The position numbers and the translations under genes are program-made. From an uncultured Lentisphaerales bacterium (GTDB taxonomy: Bacteria; Verrucomicrobiota; Lentisphaeria; JABSQK01; UBA12247), in assembly GCA_943788985.1 (NCBI GenBank), contig CALSSJ010000010.1, forward strand, positions 256,001 to 320,000: a stretch of 64,000 nucleotides of DNA, written 5' to 3'. The notes below the pieces were generated by a model. That model had not been told where the DNA came from, ran no database searches, and was given only the letters and a program-made list of their open reading frames with translations. Positions 33,501 through 48,500 of this stretch are shown here, piece by piece. Position 1 is the stretch's first letter. Each line of letters opens with the position of its first letter.

Positions 33501-36500
33501 CAATCAGCAACCGACGCGACCGTCTCGAGCACTACCATCGCTGGCGGCGCCGGTAACATCAGTATTAGCCAGACAGACGGCGGCGCGCTGGCCGTGACCA
33601 ACACCACCACAGCGAATGGCAGTATCGCCTTAGCTAATGATGGAAACGGCTTGTTGGTTGGTACGTTGAACGCTGGCGGAACAAGCACTGCTTCGCTCAC
33701 GACCACGGACGCTGGTGACATCTTTGTTGACAGCGCTACTGCTGGCGAAGCAATTGTTGTCGATTCTGCTGGCCTCGTGAATGCCGACCTGGAAGACGCT
33801 GGTGCTGAGTTTACAGCCAATAACGTCTCCATCACGGCAGTGGATGGCATTGGTATTGGCACCAATGTTTTGGGTGTTGATACCAGCACCCCGAATCTTG
33901 TCGCTTACACCACTGGCCCGAACGCAGCAGCAATCGACATCGACAACCTAGAAGTGGCGACCGCACTGCTCAGCACCCAGGGACTTGGCGCTGACATCAC
34001 CTTGGACAACACCGGTGGACTGACCGTTGCTGGCGCCGTTGCTACGGGCACCGGTCAGATTCAGATCATTGCCGCCAGCCCCCTGACTGTGAGCGGCGAC
34101 GTAATGACTGGTGGCGACAATGACATCATCCTGACTGCTTCGGGCACAGCTGACACTGATGACTTCACTGCAACGGGTGGCTCCACCATTGCTAGCGAAG
34201 GTGGCACGATTACCATTACAGCTGGCGACTCCATTCTTCTGAACGACGAGACCGTCGTGCGCACCAATGGCAACGGCTGGGTTGAGCTGGAAGCAGACTC
34301 CACAGATAATGGTGTTTCCGGAACCATCACTCAGGATGGAAACTCGCAGATTGTGGTAGATGCAGGTTCGATCGAAGCGGTTGCTCCTGGTGTGGTTACC
34401 GTGACTCACATGGAAGCCACCCACGGCTCCATTCTCCTAGGTTCCGTGGATACGCGAATCGCTGGGCTGGTTGATGATGACGGCGGTGTCGCAGACGACC
34501 TGATCGCGAACACCATCGACATTCGCGCCGCCGGTTCGCTCGGTGGTACCGGCGCGAACGACAGCATTGAAGTCGATGCAGACTCCATTATCGTGGACAA
34601 CACCGCCGGCGGCACATTCATCAATGCCGTTGGTGATGGTGGCTTAGCTGTGGATATCACGCAGCAGAATGGCGCAGCCGAGGTTCTCGGCTCCGAAGAC
34701 ATCACCCTTACCGATGTCGATACCATCGTTGGTGGCGGCAACGTGTTGGTGCTCACTGACAGCGGCAATGTTGGAGTCGATAGTGTTACTGCTGGTACAG
34801 GAAACATCACCATTACTACACAGACTGGTTCCTTGATTGACCTGAACGGAAATGCAGTCGTCACCGGCGCTGATGTCGCTCTGTCCGGTCTGGGCGGGGA
34901 CGTGGCCAACGCCAACACCTTGACTGCTAGTGGTACTCTCGCGGTAACTGCCCTGAACGACGTTAACCTGACCGGCGCCAGTAACGTGACCTCCGGGACC
35001 AGCACCACGATTGGCGCTGGCGGGGACATTAACCTGACGCCATCAGTCGTCGCTGGGACAAGCATCACAGCAACCGCTGGCGAGAACGTGACCACCACGG
35101 GCTTGCTTGATGCTAAAAATGGCGACGTGGCTTTGACTGCTGGCGACGATCTCACTCTTGGTACCGGTGGCGCCGAGGCCACTGGAAACGTTGGCCTCCA
35201 GGCAAACACTGGTAGCGTCGTGACAATTGGCCAAGTCGCCGACACCGGCAGCTTCGATGCAGACGCTGGTGAGAACATCACCATCGGCAATAATGTCACG
35301 ACCACTGGCACGCTCGAGATCGGTCAACGCCAGAAGCCATCTGGGACCGTCTGGATCAACGCTGACCTTCAGGCTGGTGACGCTCTGACCGCCAGCAGCG
35401 GTGGCAACCTGATCTTGCTTGGCACTGAGACCATCGACAGTGATGCTGCCAGCAGCCTTGCAGCGGATGACACCCTGACACTCAATGGCACTCTTGGCGG
35501 TGCGAGCGTCTCGCTCTGGGCCGGCGTTCTGGCTGACCTAAACAACACCGTGATCTCTGACACGGGCGGCGTCGAAATCCGCGGTGGCACAATCCACGCC
35601 GATGGCATAGCCGACATCACCGGTAACACTTCCGTTACCATTGTCGGTACCGAAGATGTAACCGTCGATGATATCCTGGCCGACAACGGCAATGCTTCCG
35701 TTACAGCTGGCGGCCTACTGACCACCAACGCTACAATCAATGCCGACGATTCCGACATCATTCTGTCCGGCGTCGACGGCATCAATCAGTCCGGCACGCT
35801 TGGTAACAGCGGCACGACCGATAACGTCAGTCTTACCTCATCCGCTGGCACCATCGCCAGCACCAATGCAATCGATGCGGACGTCAACATCACCTTCACT
35901 GCACAGCAAGACGTCAGCACCACAGCCATCCTGACCGCTGATACTGGCGCGATCGGCCTGACTGCCGATGGCGGCATTACGACCACTGCGCTGCTGACAG
36001 CAGGGACCACCGTTACCGTCGACGCTGGCGTAGAAGCTTCGGTCGCAGAGATCCTCGCCCAGAACGGCGACGCAACGATCACCGGTGGCCAGAACATCAG
36101 CCTCACCGCTGACGTTGACGCAGTGAATGGCACCATTACGGCGACCGCTGGAAACGACCTCTCGCAAACTGGCGCACTTGGTGCTGACGGCAATACGGAC
36201 AATGTCCTTCTTACTGCCAACACTGGTTCTGTCACCTCGTCCAACACGATCGAAGCTGACGTGGCCCATCACCGTCGACGGCGCGGCAGACGTGACCATG
36301 AACGACAATCTCACCACAGACACGGGCGCGATTAGTCTTACTGCTGGCGATGCACTGACGCTTGATGCTGTTGCGGACTCCGCAGCTGCAGCCACTCTGA
36401 CTGCTGGCGGGCAACTGGTCCAATCCGGCGACATCATCGCGGACGGTAACGTCTCCCTCGAGTCCACCGAAGGTTCCGTCGTGACCAGTGCTGCGGCCAC

Positions 36501-39500
36501 TGCCAACGGCTCCAACTACACCATTGATGCTGGCGACTCCATCACCATCGGTGGCGCGGTCATCGCTGACGGCACTGCCCGGATTGGTGGCACTCGTGAG
36601 CCAAGCGGCAGCGTTGCTATCAACGCAACCATTAACGCGGCAGGCATTTGGGCCGACGCTGGTGGTGACATTACGCAGACAGAGGCGCTCACCAGCAGCA
36701 GTGTTGTCAATCTTGACGCTGGTAACCTGCTTGATGTCGACGCCGATATCTCTGCAACTGACATTACGCTCAATGGCGACGGCGACGTTGAAGTTGCCAC
36801 GGTCCTGAATGCGACCGCCGGCAACGTCAACGTCACCGCTGGCAACGATGTCACCCTGGCGAACACGACCGATGCAACTGGCGACGTCACCGTCACCGCT
36901 GGCAACGATGTCACCCTGGCGAACACGACCGATGCAACTGGCGACGTCACCGTCACCGCGGGCAATCAATTGACTGCTACTGGCGCAATTGGCGGCGGAG
37001 CTGGCACGGACAACATCACCCTGACGTCTAACACAGGCGACATCGACATCGCGGCAACCACCGCGCAGACAGCCCTTTCCATCGATGCGGGTGATAACCT
37101 AATCGCTCGCTCCACACTTACTTGGTAGCAGTGTCGCAGCCACCGCCGGTCAGGATCTGACCGTATTGGATACAGTGACTTCGACCGGAACGATCATCAC
37201 GCTGACTGCTGGCCAGAGTCTGAACCAGACCAGGCAGCTTGGTTGCAACGACCGACATCACCTTGGAAGCATCGACCCGGAGCGATTGATACGGTCGGCA
37301 ACCGCAACTGGTGTGAACTACAACGCCGATGCTGGCGATTCCATCGCGATCGGCGGCCGCAGTAACCGTCACGGGTGACTTTGGGCTTTGGTCAGAGAAT
37401 CGAACCTACCGGTACGGTGGCACTCGATGCGGCTGTAAGCGCAGCAACCATCACTGGTGACGCGGCTGGCGACATTCGCTTGGCAACCGGGCAGGACGCT
37501 CACCAGCGCTGGCGCCACCAACCTGGACGCTGGCAACTTGCTCGAACTGCTTGGCGATGTTCAAGCCACAGACATCACCCTGAATGCCGACGGTGACATG
37601 ACAGTCGCGACTAGCGCTCGACGCGACCGGCGGCAATGTGCTCGCGACAGCTGGCAACGACGCCTCCTTCGCGGATGCAGTCGACGCTACAGGAAACGTC
37701 ACCTTGGGTGCTGGGGAAGACCTCAGTGTGACCGGAGCCATTGGCGGCGCTGGTAATACCGACGCTGTTACCTTGAGTGCTGACAGCGGCAGCATCACTG
37801 CTGACGGTGCCATCACTGGCTCTGCAGCGGCAAGCCTGAACGCTGGTCAGAACATCACCACTGCCGGCGCCATCCGCGCCAGCAGCATCACCGGCACTGC
37901 CGGTCTCGACTTGAACACCGGCGACACCCTTGACCTCGACGGGCCACCGACATACAATTGACGGCTGGCACCGACTTGAATCTTGGCGACGACGCAATAT
38001 CCGCCGAAGACATCATTCTCACTGCTGGCGAGAACCTGACCCAGACTGGCAATCTGAATGCCACACAGCAAACATTGACCTTGAAGCCACATCGGGTTCC
38101 ATCCTCGCTCTCGGTACCTCCGACGCCGTGCTCTATGACCTAGGCGCTGCCGACGATGTGACCATCCGCGGTGACGTCACCGCAACTGGCGCCATCACCA
38201 TCGGCCAGGCCATTGAGCCTGACGGCGTTGTTTCACTTGAAGCCGTGATCCAAGGCGCTGGTGTGACTGCCGACGCAGGCGGGCGACATCCTGCTGACCA
38301 ATGCTGGCTCCATCAACAGCAGCGACATTGTGGACCTCGACGCGGGCAACCTGCTGGACATCGATGGCACCATCGCTGGCACGGACCTCACCCTCCGTGC
38401 TGATGGCGATGCGGACCATCGCAACCTCCCTCAACGCCCACAGCAGGCGACGTAGAGGTCACCGCCGGCAACGACGCGACCCTCACTGACACCGTCGACG
38501 CAACTGGCGACATCGATCTGACCGCTGGCGATCTGCTCACCCGTATCTGGTGAGCTTGGCGGAAACAGCAATGCACAGAACATCAGCCTTACCTCTAATA
38601 CAGGCAACATCGACGTCAGCGCTGCTGTTGACGCAGTCGCCGCTGCGACCTTCGATGCTGGCCAGGACCTGACCATCGTCGCAGTAGATGGTGCGTCCAT
38701 CACCGGTACCCCGCCGGGCAGGACATCAACGCGAACGGCGCTCTGAACACGACGGCCGGCAACATCGCGCTCGACGCGGGCGCTGACTTGACACTCCGCT
38801 GCGCAGACTGGCTCTGCTGCAGACATTGCTCTTACCGCTGGTGACAACCTCACGCAGGATGGCAACCTGGTTGCAGGCGGTGACATCGACATCGAGTCGA
38901 GCACCGGTTCCGTCACCACGACTGGCACCGCGATGGGCGTCAACTACGAATTGGATGCAGCAGTTGCTGCCACCATCGGCGGCGAAGTCAACGCCACTGG
39001 CAGCATTGACATTGGCCAAACCATTGAGCCCGCTTCCTTGATTAACATCACTGCTGATCTTGATGGTGTTGGGAACGTCACCATCGACGGTGGCATGGAC
39101 ATCACTCAGGCTGGTGGCACGACCATTGAAAGTGATGCGACCCTCGATATCGATGCTGGCGCAAACCTCACGACCAACGGTACGCTGACCGCCCAACACC
39201 GTGCTTCTGAGTGCTGAGCACACCCTGACCACTAACGGCACACGGTTGGCACAACCGGCGGCAACGCGACTCTCACTGGTAACAACGTTGTCACCACGTC
39301 CGCAGTTACTTCGACTGGCGCCATCACCGTGATTGGCGACGAGGATGTCACCCTTGCCGACATCGATGCGAATGGCGGAAATGCCGAACTGACTGCTGGT
39401 GGCGTCCTGACCTTGAACGGCACCACCGATGCCGCTGCGACGTGATCGCGATCGCCAACGACCGGATCTGGCAGCGCGGCGCGATTGGCGGCGACGCTGA

Positions 39501-42500
39501 CACCGTGAACGTCACCTTGACCGCTCGTGAAGGCATGATCAACAGCGACGCCGACATCTCGGGCCCACGACCAACGTCACCCTGAACGCAGGCGATGATG
39601 TAGACCGTGGCAACAACCACGACCGCCGCGGCAAACCATCAGCATCGCAGCTGGTGGTGACGTCAACGCCAACGTGCTGACTGCCACCAACGCGGCGATA
39701 GACATCGATGCCGATGGCGACATTGCGCTAGCTGGCACTGCTACAGCCGGAACAACCATTGACGCAGTCGCTGATCTGAGTGTGGACGACTGCAGCAGGT
39801 TACTGCGGGCGGCGCAATCACTCTCGATGGTGGCACCGATGCCACACTCGACGGGGCTGCCACTGGCGCAAGCATTGCGATCACCGCTGGCGACCTCCTG
39901 ACCCAAGCCGGTGCTATCGACGTGACTGGTGACATCGACCTAGAGTCGACCTCCGGCGCTGTTGTAACAACCGGGACGGTTGAAGGTGCCAACTACGCAG
40001 TTGACGCTGCCGACTCCATCGCCATCAACGGCGATATCGACCTGACCGGTGCTTTCACACTCGGCCAGAGCCGCCAGCCCCACCGGGACCGCCACGATCA
40101 ATGCTGACATCGTCAACACCACCAGCGTGACCGCTGACACCGATGGCGACATTCTGATTACCGCGGGTTCCGACCTCAACAGCACTGGCGCGGTTGACAT
40201 CGATGCTGGCAATCTGCTCGACGTCGATGGGCAGATCAACGGCACTGATATCGTCCTGAATGCAGACGGCGATGCCCTTATTGCTACGGCTCTTATCGCG
40301 GATGGCCGGGTCGGAATCACTGCCGACAACGACGTCCTCACCGAGGGCGCTATCACAGCAACCACTGGTACGACATCGTCATCACCGCTGGCAACGACCT
40401 GCGCCACACCGCCACGCTTGGTGGCGGTGCTCGCAATGTCTTCCTAAATGCCACGACCGGTGATATTCGCAGCGAGGCGGCAGTGACTGCCGCTGGCACC
40501 GCTCGTCTCCGTGCGGGTTGAGACATTACCGCGACTGATACTGTAGACGGTGCCGGTGTTACCATCGACGGTGGTAACGATGTCACTCTGGCGGCCATCG
40601 TCGCTCACAGCCGCTGGTGCCAATATTGATGCTGGCAGCGATTTGACACTCAACGGCGCAGTTGACGCCCAATAACGGTGATGTGGCCCTCGACGCAGGC
40701 GGCCTGATCACTCAGGACGCCGCTATCGGCGGTGCCAACACCACGAACAACATTGCGATCACCTCTCGTGACGGCTCGCTGGATAGCAACAACATCATCG
40801 ATGCAAACGACAGCGTAGCGATCACCACCGGGCAGAACGTCGATCTGGCCAGTTCGGTCACCGCTGGTACCAGCATCGCATTAGACGCAGGCGGCACGGT
40901 TGACGCAGCAGCCATGCTGGATGGCGGTACTTCGGTTGCTGTCTCCGGTGACGACAACGTCAACCTCGTGGACACCATCGCCCGCAGTGGCAACGCCACG
41001 ATCGAAGGTCTGAATGTCACACTTGCTGGCCCAGTCAACGCGATCAACAACGACATCATCGTGACTGCCGACAACAACATCGCCAGCAACGCGGCACTTG
41101 GTGGCTTGAACAACACCGACAACATCACGTTGCGCGCCAACACCGGTTGGGTTAACGCCACGGACACGATTAGCGCCGATGGCACCGCCAACGTGTGGGC
41201 CGGGCAGGATATCACGACGACAGGAACCGTTGACGCGACTACAGTTCTCATGAACGGCGGCAACGACGTCGCTCTGGCTACGATCCTGGCAGCTGCCGGG
41301 GGCGCCGACATTGACGCTGGCGCAGCACTGACCCTGAACGGCGATGTCGATGCAAATGCTGGCCACCGTGACAATCGACGCTGGCGGCCTGATTACTCAG
41401 GATGCCGCGATCGGCAGCGATAATAACACCGCCTCCGTAACCATCGCTTCTGCCGAAGGCTCACTGGATAGCAACAATACGATCGATTCGGTCGGGCTGA
41501 TCAGCATCACCACTGGTGCGAATGTTGACCTAGCCAACGCGGTCACCGCTGGTACCAGCATTGCAGTGGACGCTGGCGGCACAGTTGACGCGGCCGCAAT
41601 CCTGGACGCTGGTACCTCGGTTGATGTTTCCGGCGACGACAACGTCAGCCTGGTTGACACCATCGCTCGCAGTGGGAATGCGACCATTACTGGTCTGGAT
41701 ATCACACTTGCTGGCCCAGTCAATGCGATCAACAACGACATCATCGTTACTGCTGATAACAACATTGCGAGCAGCGCGGCACTCGGTGGTCTGAACAACA
41801 CCGACAACATCACGTTGCGCGCCAACACCGGTTGGGTAAACGCCACAGACACGATCAGCGCTGATGGCACCGCCAACCTCTGGGCCGGTCAGGACATCAC
41901 GACTACAGCAACCGTTGACGCGACTACAGTTCTCGTGAACGGCGGCAACGACGTCGCTCTGGCTACGATCCTGGCAGCTGCCGGGGGCGCCGACATTGAC
42001 GCTGGCGCAGCACTGACCCTGAACGGCGATGTCGATGCAAATACTGGCACAGTCACCATTGATGCTGGTGGCCTGATCACTCACGATGCCGCGATTGGCA
42101 GCGATAATAACACGGCTTCCGTAACCATCGCTTCTGCCGAAGGCTCACTGGATAGCAACAACACGATCGACTCGGTCGGCCTGATCAGTATCACCACCGG
42201 TGCAAATGTTGACCTAGCCAACGCGGTCACCGCTGGTACCAGTATCGCAGTGGACGCTGGTGGCACGGTTGATGCGGCTGCAATCTTGGACGCTGGTACG
42301 AGCGCTGCTGTAAGCGGTGACGACACCGTCAGCCTGGTTGACACCATCGCTCGCAGTGGGAATGCATCCATCACTGGTCTGGATGTTACCCTTGCTGGCC
42401 CGGTCAATGCGATCAACAACGACATCATCGTTACTGCTGACAATAACATTGCTAGCAGCGCGGCACTCGGTGGTCTGAACAACACCAACAACGTGACGTT

Positions 42501-45500
42501 GCGCGCCAACACTGGCTGGATCAACAGCAGCGCAGGAATTACGGCAGTGACGAACGCGAGCCTTTGGGCTGGCGATGCAATCACGACTACCGCAGCGGTC
42601 ACCGCCAACGGCGTGACGGTCAACGGTGGTGCTGATGTTGCCCTTGCTGAGATCAACGCCTTGGCCGGCAGGCGCCGACATCGACGCCGGCGACGACCTG
42701 ACGCTCAACGGCGAAGTTGACGCAACTGGCGGCGCAGTCACGATCGACGCAGGCGGCCTGATCACTCAGAACGCAGCGATCGGCAGCGACGGCACTGCGA
42801 CTGTGGCGATCACCTCACGTGACGGTTCGCTGGACAGCAACGACACCATCGATGCGGCTGCTTCGGTTGCGATCACCACCGGTCAGAACGTTGACCTGCT
42901 CAGCGCTGGTCACTGCGGGCACTACGATCGGCATCAACGCTGGTGGCACGGTTACCGCTCGCTGCTAGCCTTAATGGCACGGCGTCACGGTTGATCGGCG
43001 GGAACGACGTCAGCCTGGTTGAGGTTGCCGCTGGAACTGGCAACGCCGACATCGACGGCCTGAACATCACCTGGCTGGCGCAGTCACGCAGCGGCGCACG
43101 ATCGACGTGGCCGCTGACAACAGCGTCACGCAGTCCGGCACCCTGACTGCTGCGGACATCGCAGTTCGCGCTGACACTGGCTGGATCAACAGCTCCGCTA
43201 GCGATCACCGCGCTGGCGGACTCCGCAAGTCTGTGGGCCGGTGATGCAATCACGACCAGCTGCAGCAGTCAACGCTGCTGGCGTCACCGTCTACGGCGGC
43301 GCAGACGTTGCCCTCGCTGAGATCAACGCGACCAGCCGATGGCGCCGACATCGACGCCGGCGACGACCTGACGCTCGAATGGCGAAGTCGATGCCACTCG
43401 GTGGCGCCAGTCACGATCGACGCCGGCGGCCTGATCACTCAGGGCGCCGCGATCGGTGGCGACGGCGACTGCGTACGTGTTGCGATCACTTCGACGTGGT
43501 GGTTCGCTGGACAGCAACAACACCATCGACGCTCAGACGAGCGTAGCAATCACGACCGGTCAGAACGTTGACCTGCTGAGCGTGGTCACTGCTGGTACTT
43601 CGATTGCGATTGACGCTGGTGGTACGGTGGATGCCGCTTCGCTGTTGAGCGCTGGTACGAGCGTCGATGTTTCCGGTGACGACAACGTCAACCTGGTTGA
43701 AGTCGATGCCGATGGCTGGCGACGCCTACCATCGCGGGTTTGAACGTGAACCTGACTGGTCCAGTCGACGCCAACGGCGCTGACATTCTTATTACTGCTG
43801 ACAACAATGTTGCGAACACCGCAGCACTTGGCGGCGACGGCACCACTAACAATGTGACGGTTCGTGCCAACACTGGCTGGATCAACAGCAGCGCAGCGAT
43901 CACCGCGCTGGCGGACCCGCAAGTCTGTGGGCCGGTGATGCAACTCACGACCCGCTGCAGCAGTCAACGGTGTTGGCGTAACGGTCAACGGCGGTGCTGA
44001 TGTTGCTCTGGCTGAGATCAACGCGACCACAAGCGCCGACATCGACGCCGGCGACGAGCTGACGCTCAATGGCGAAGTTGATGCAACCGGCGGCGCAGTC
44101 ACGATCGACGCTGGCGGCCTGATCACTCAGAACGCTGCGATCGGTAGCGACGGCACTGCGACGGTTGCGATTTCCTCACGTGATGGTTCGCTCGACAGCA
44201 ATGACACCATCGATGCAGCTACTTCGGTTGCGATCAGCACCGGTCAGGACGTTGACCTGGCTAGCGCTATCAACGCTGGCACTACGATCGGCATCAACGC
44301 TGGTGGCACGGTTACTGCCGCTGCTATCCTTAATGGTAACGGCGTCACGGTTGATGGCGGGAACGACGTCAGCCTGGTTGAGGTTGCAGCTGGAACTGGC
44401 AACGCCGACATCGACGGCCTGAACATCACCTTGGCTGGCGCAGTTAGCGCGGCTGGCACGATCGACGTGGCCGCTGACAACAGCGTCACGCAGTCCGGCA
44501 CCCTGACTGCTGCGGACATCGCAGTTCGCGCTGACACTGGCTGGATCAACAGCTCCGCTACTGTCACCGCTGCGAACTCCGCAAGTCTGTGGGCTGGCGG
44601 CAACGTCATCACTTCCGCTGACGTCAATGCTGCTGCCGTCACCATCTACGGTGGCGCAGACGTTGCCCTGGCTGAGATCAACGCGACCACAAGCGCCGAC
44701 ATCGACGCCGGCGACGAGCTGACGCTCAATGGCGAAGTTGACGCAACCGGCGGCGCAGTCACGATCGACGCTGGCGGCCTGATCACTCAGAACGCTGCGA
44801 TCGGTAGCGACGGCACTGCGACGGTTGCGATTTCCTCACGTGACGGTTCGCTCGACAGCAATGACACCATCGATGCAGACTACTTCGGTTGCGATCACCA
44901 CTGGCCAGGACGTTGATCTGCTCAGCGCTGTCACCGCTGGCACGACGATCGGTATCAATGCTGGTGGCACGGTTACTGCCGCTGCTACCCTTAATGGTAA
45001 CGGCGTCACGGTTGATGGCGGGAACGACGTCAGCCTGGTTGAGGTTGCAGCTGGAACTGGCAACGCCGACATCGACGGCCTGAACATCACCTTGGTTGGC
45101 GCAGTTAGCGCGGCTGGCACGATCGACGTGGCCGCTGACAACAGCGTCACGCAGTCCGGCACCCTGACTGCTGCGGACATCGCAGTTCGCGCTGACACTG
45201 GCTGGGTCAACAGCTCCGCTACTGTCACCGCTGCGAACTCCGCAAGTCTGTGGGCTGGCGGCAACGTCATCACTTCCGCTGACGTCAATGCTGCTGCAGT
45301 CACCATCTACGGTGGCGCAGACGTTGCCCTGGCTGAGATCAACGCGACCACAAGCGCCGACATCGACGCCGGCGACGAGCTGACGCTCAACGGTGAAGTT
45401 GACGCAACTGGTGGCGCAGTCACGATCGACGCCGGCGGCCTGATCACTCAGAACGCAGCGATCGGCAGCGACGGCACTGCGACTGTGGCGATCACCTCAC

Positions 45501-48500
45501 GTGACGGTTCGCTGGACAGCAACGACACCATCGATGCGACTGCTTCGGTTGCGATCACCACTGGCGAGGACGTTGACTTGGCCAAGCGGTCAACGCTGGC
45601 ACGACGATCGGCATCAACGCTGGTGGCACGGTTACCGCTGCTGCTATCCTTAATGGCGCCGCGGGCGTAACGGTTGACGGCGGAAGCGACGTCAGCCTGG
45701 TTGAGGTTGCAGCTGGAACTGGCAACGCCGACATCGACGGCCTGAACATCACGCTGGCTGGCGCAGTCACCGCAGCTGGCACGATCGACGTGGCCGCTGA
45801 CAACAGCGTCACGCAGTCCGGCACCCTGACTGCTGCGGACATCGCAGTTCGCGCTGACACTGGCTGGATCAACAGCTCCGCTACTGTCACCGCTGCGAAC
45901 TCCGCAAGTCTGTGGGCTGGCGGCAACGTCATCCACTTCCGCTGGTCATTGCTGACTGCGTCACGATCAGCGGTGGCGCTAACGTTGCTCTGGCCGAGAT
46001 CGACGCTGCTGCTGGCGGCGCTGACATCGACGCAGGCTTGATGCTGACCTTGAATGACGAGGTTGACGCTGACTGGTGGCGCGATCACGATTGACGCTGG
46101 CGACCTGATCACGCAGGATGGTGCGATCGGCAGCGACAACACGACTGCATCGGTTGCGATCACCTCAACCACTGGCTCGATTGACTCCAATAATACGATT
46201 GATGCCCTCGGCGACATCAGTGTGGATGCTGGCCAGGATGTGGATCTGCTGGATCTGGTAACCTCTGGTGCAGCACTGAGTCTGAATGCCGGCGGCAGCA
46301 TTGCAGCCGTAAGCACCATCACTGGTGACAGCGTCGAGGTTGACGGTGGCGCTGACGTTTCCCTGGCTGAAGTCAACGCCGAAGCAGGCGATGCGCTCCT
46401 CGCTGCAGGCTTGGACCTGACGCTGACCGGCGTCGTTGATGCTGCGACTGGCAACATTGTTGCTACCGCTGGCAATGACCTGACGCAGCTGGCTGCACTT
46501 GGCAGCGACCAGAGCACCAACAACGTTACCCTGACGGCAACCACCGGCACGCTCACGAGCAGCGACACGGTTGACGCGATCGACAGCGTCGACGCCACGG
46601 CTGGTCTGGACTTGAACGTCGCGGCGCCAATCACTGCAGCAAACGGCTCAATCGCTCTGACCACCTTGGCAGGCGACCTGAACAGTGGTGAAATCCTTAC
46701 CGCTGAAACCGGCGTGATCGTTGACGGTGCTGCCAATGTCAGCGTGGACCGCGTCCTGGCCTTCAACGGCGACACCACACTACGCGCTGGTAGCAACATC
46801 ACACTCACCGATGCGGTCGATGCCCGTGGCGGCAACGACGTTGTGGTCTGGGCTGGTCAGAACGTGACGCAGACTGCTGCAGTTGGCGGCGATCAAGCTA
46901 CCGACAACGTGACCCTTACTGCTGATACTGGCGCGATCCTCTCCACCAACACCATTGACGCAGCAATGAATGTAGCTCTGACCTCCGGCTCCAGCACTAC
47001 GCTGGGTGCTGCGGTTGTCGCCGACACTGGCGACATCACGATCGGCTCCGGTGTGAATGTCACCGCTGCTGACGAACTGACTGCAACAGCTGGTGCGATT
47101 GACATCGACGCCGTCGAAGATGTAGCACTGGCCGCGCTGGTCACCGCCGGTACGACCATCGACGTAAACGCCGGTGGCACGAGTGCTTTTGCCGAACTGC
47201 ACGCTGGTGACGATATCACGCTGGATGCCGATGTGGACCTGACTCTGACGGGCGCAGTTAACGCAGATGGTGCTGACATCGTAGCGACTGCCGGCCGCGA
47301 CCTGACTGCTACCGCTGCCCTTGGTGGCGACCAGACCACGGACAACATCGACCTGACTGCGGTTCTGGGAACTGTTACAACGAGCAGCACGGTTGATGCA
47401 ACTGAGACCATCGACTACGTCGCAGGCGCGAATATCGTAGCTGGCCAGACAGACGCTCTGGACGCGATTACCACGGACAACGGCAGCATCACTTTCGATG
47501 CAGGCGAAGGCATCGCGATCAACACGATCGTGACCGCCAACGACAGCGTCTTGGCTGACGCTGAGACCGGCAGCATCACCACAGGTGATGACCTGATTCG
47601 CGCCGTCACTGGCGAAGTTGACTTGGCCGCTGGTGGATCGCTCGCTCTGGGAGCTGGCGGCACACGCGCCTTCACCAACGCCACTCTGGCTGCTGACGAC
47701 AATCTGACGCAGACCGGCGACATCTTTGCTGGCGAGGCCATCAGCCTGACAGCTTCCACTGGCGCGCTGAGCACAATCGGTACGTCCGACGCCGGTAGCT
47801 TCAGCGCTGATGCTGGTGACAGCATCAACCTAGATGGCGACGTCGTCACTGAAACTGGTGGTGTTGCCATTGGCCAGACCATCGAGCCAAGCGGCAGCAT
47901 TGTTCTCGATGCTACGATTGATAGTGATACGACCGTCGCAATTGATGCGGGTGGTGACATCACCCTCAACGCAGCAGACGAGATCATCAGCAACGACGGC
48001 ACTCGCATCGACGCGGGCAATGTTTTGGATCTGAACGGCAACGTGACAGCTTCGACTGTGACACTCAACGCCGATGACGACCTGTCCATCGCCGGTGTCA
48101 CGACTGCAACCGATGGTGCGATCCTCGCAACTGCTGGTGGCAACGCGGTCATCACTGACCTGCTGGAAGCCACCACCGATGTGACTGTGAGCGCCGCCGG
48201 CAACTTGGCCACTGACGAGATCATGGCTGGTGTACCGGCTAATCCAACGACTGGCCATGTCACGTTGACTGCTGGCGAAAGCTTGGTGATGAACGACGCT
48301 ATCGACGCAGTCGGCAACTTGACGGCAACCGCCACTGTCAATATCACTCAGAATGCTGAGATTGGGCTTGAGCAAGATACCGAGATCGTGACGTTCTCGG
48401 CAGAGACCGGGAGCGTGACCAGCAGCAATGTGATCTGGGCCGCCAGCGACATCAACGTCACAGCGGGAACCGACGTATCCAGCGGAAGCAGCCAGTGGAC

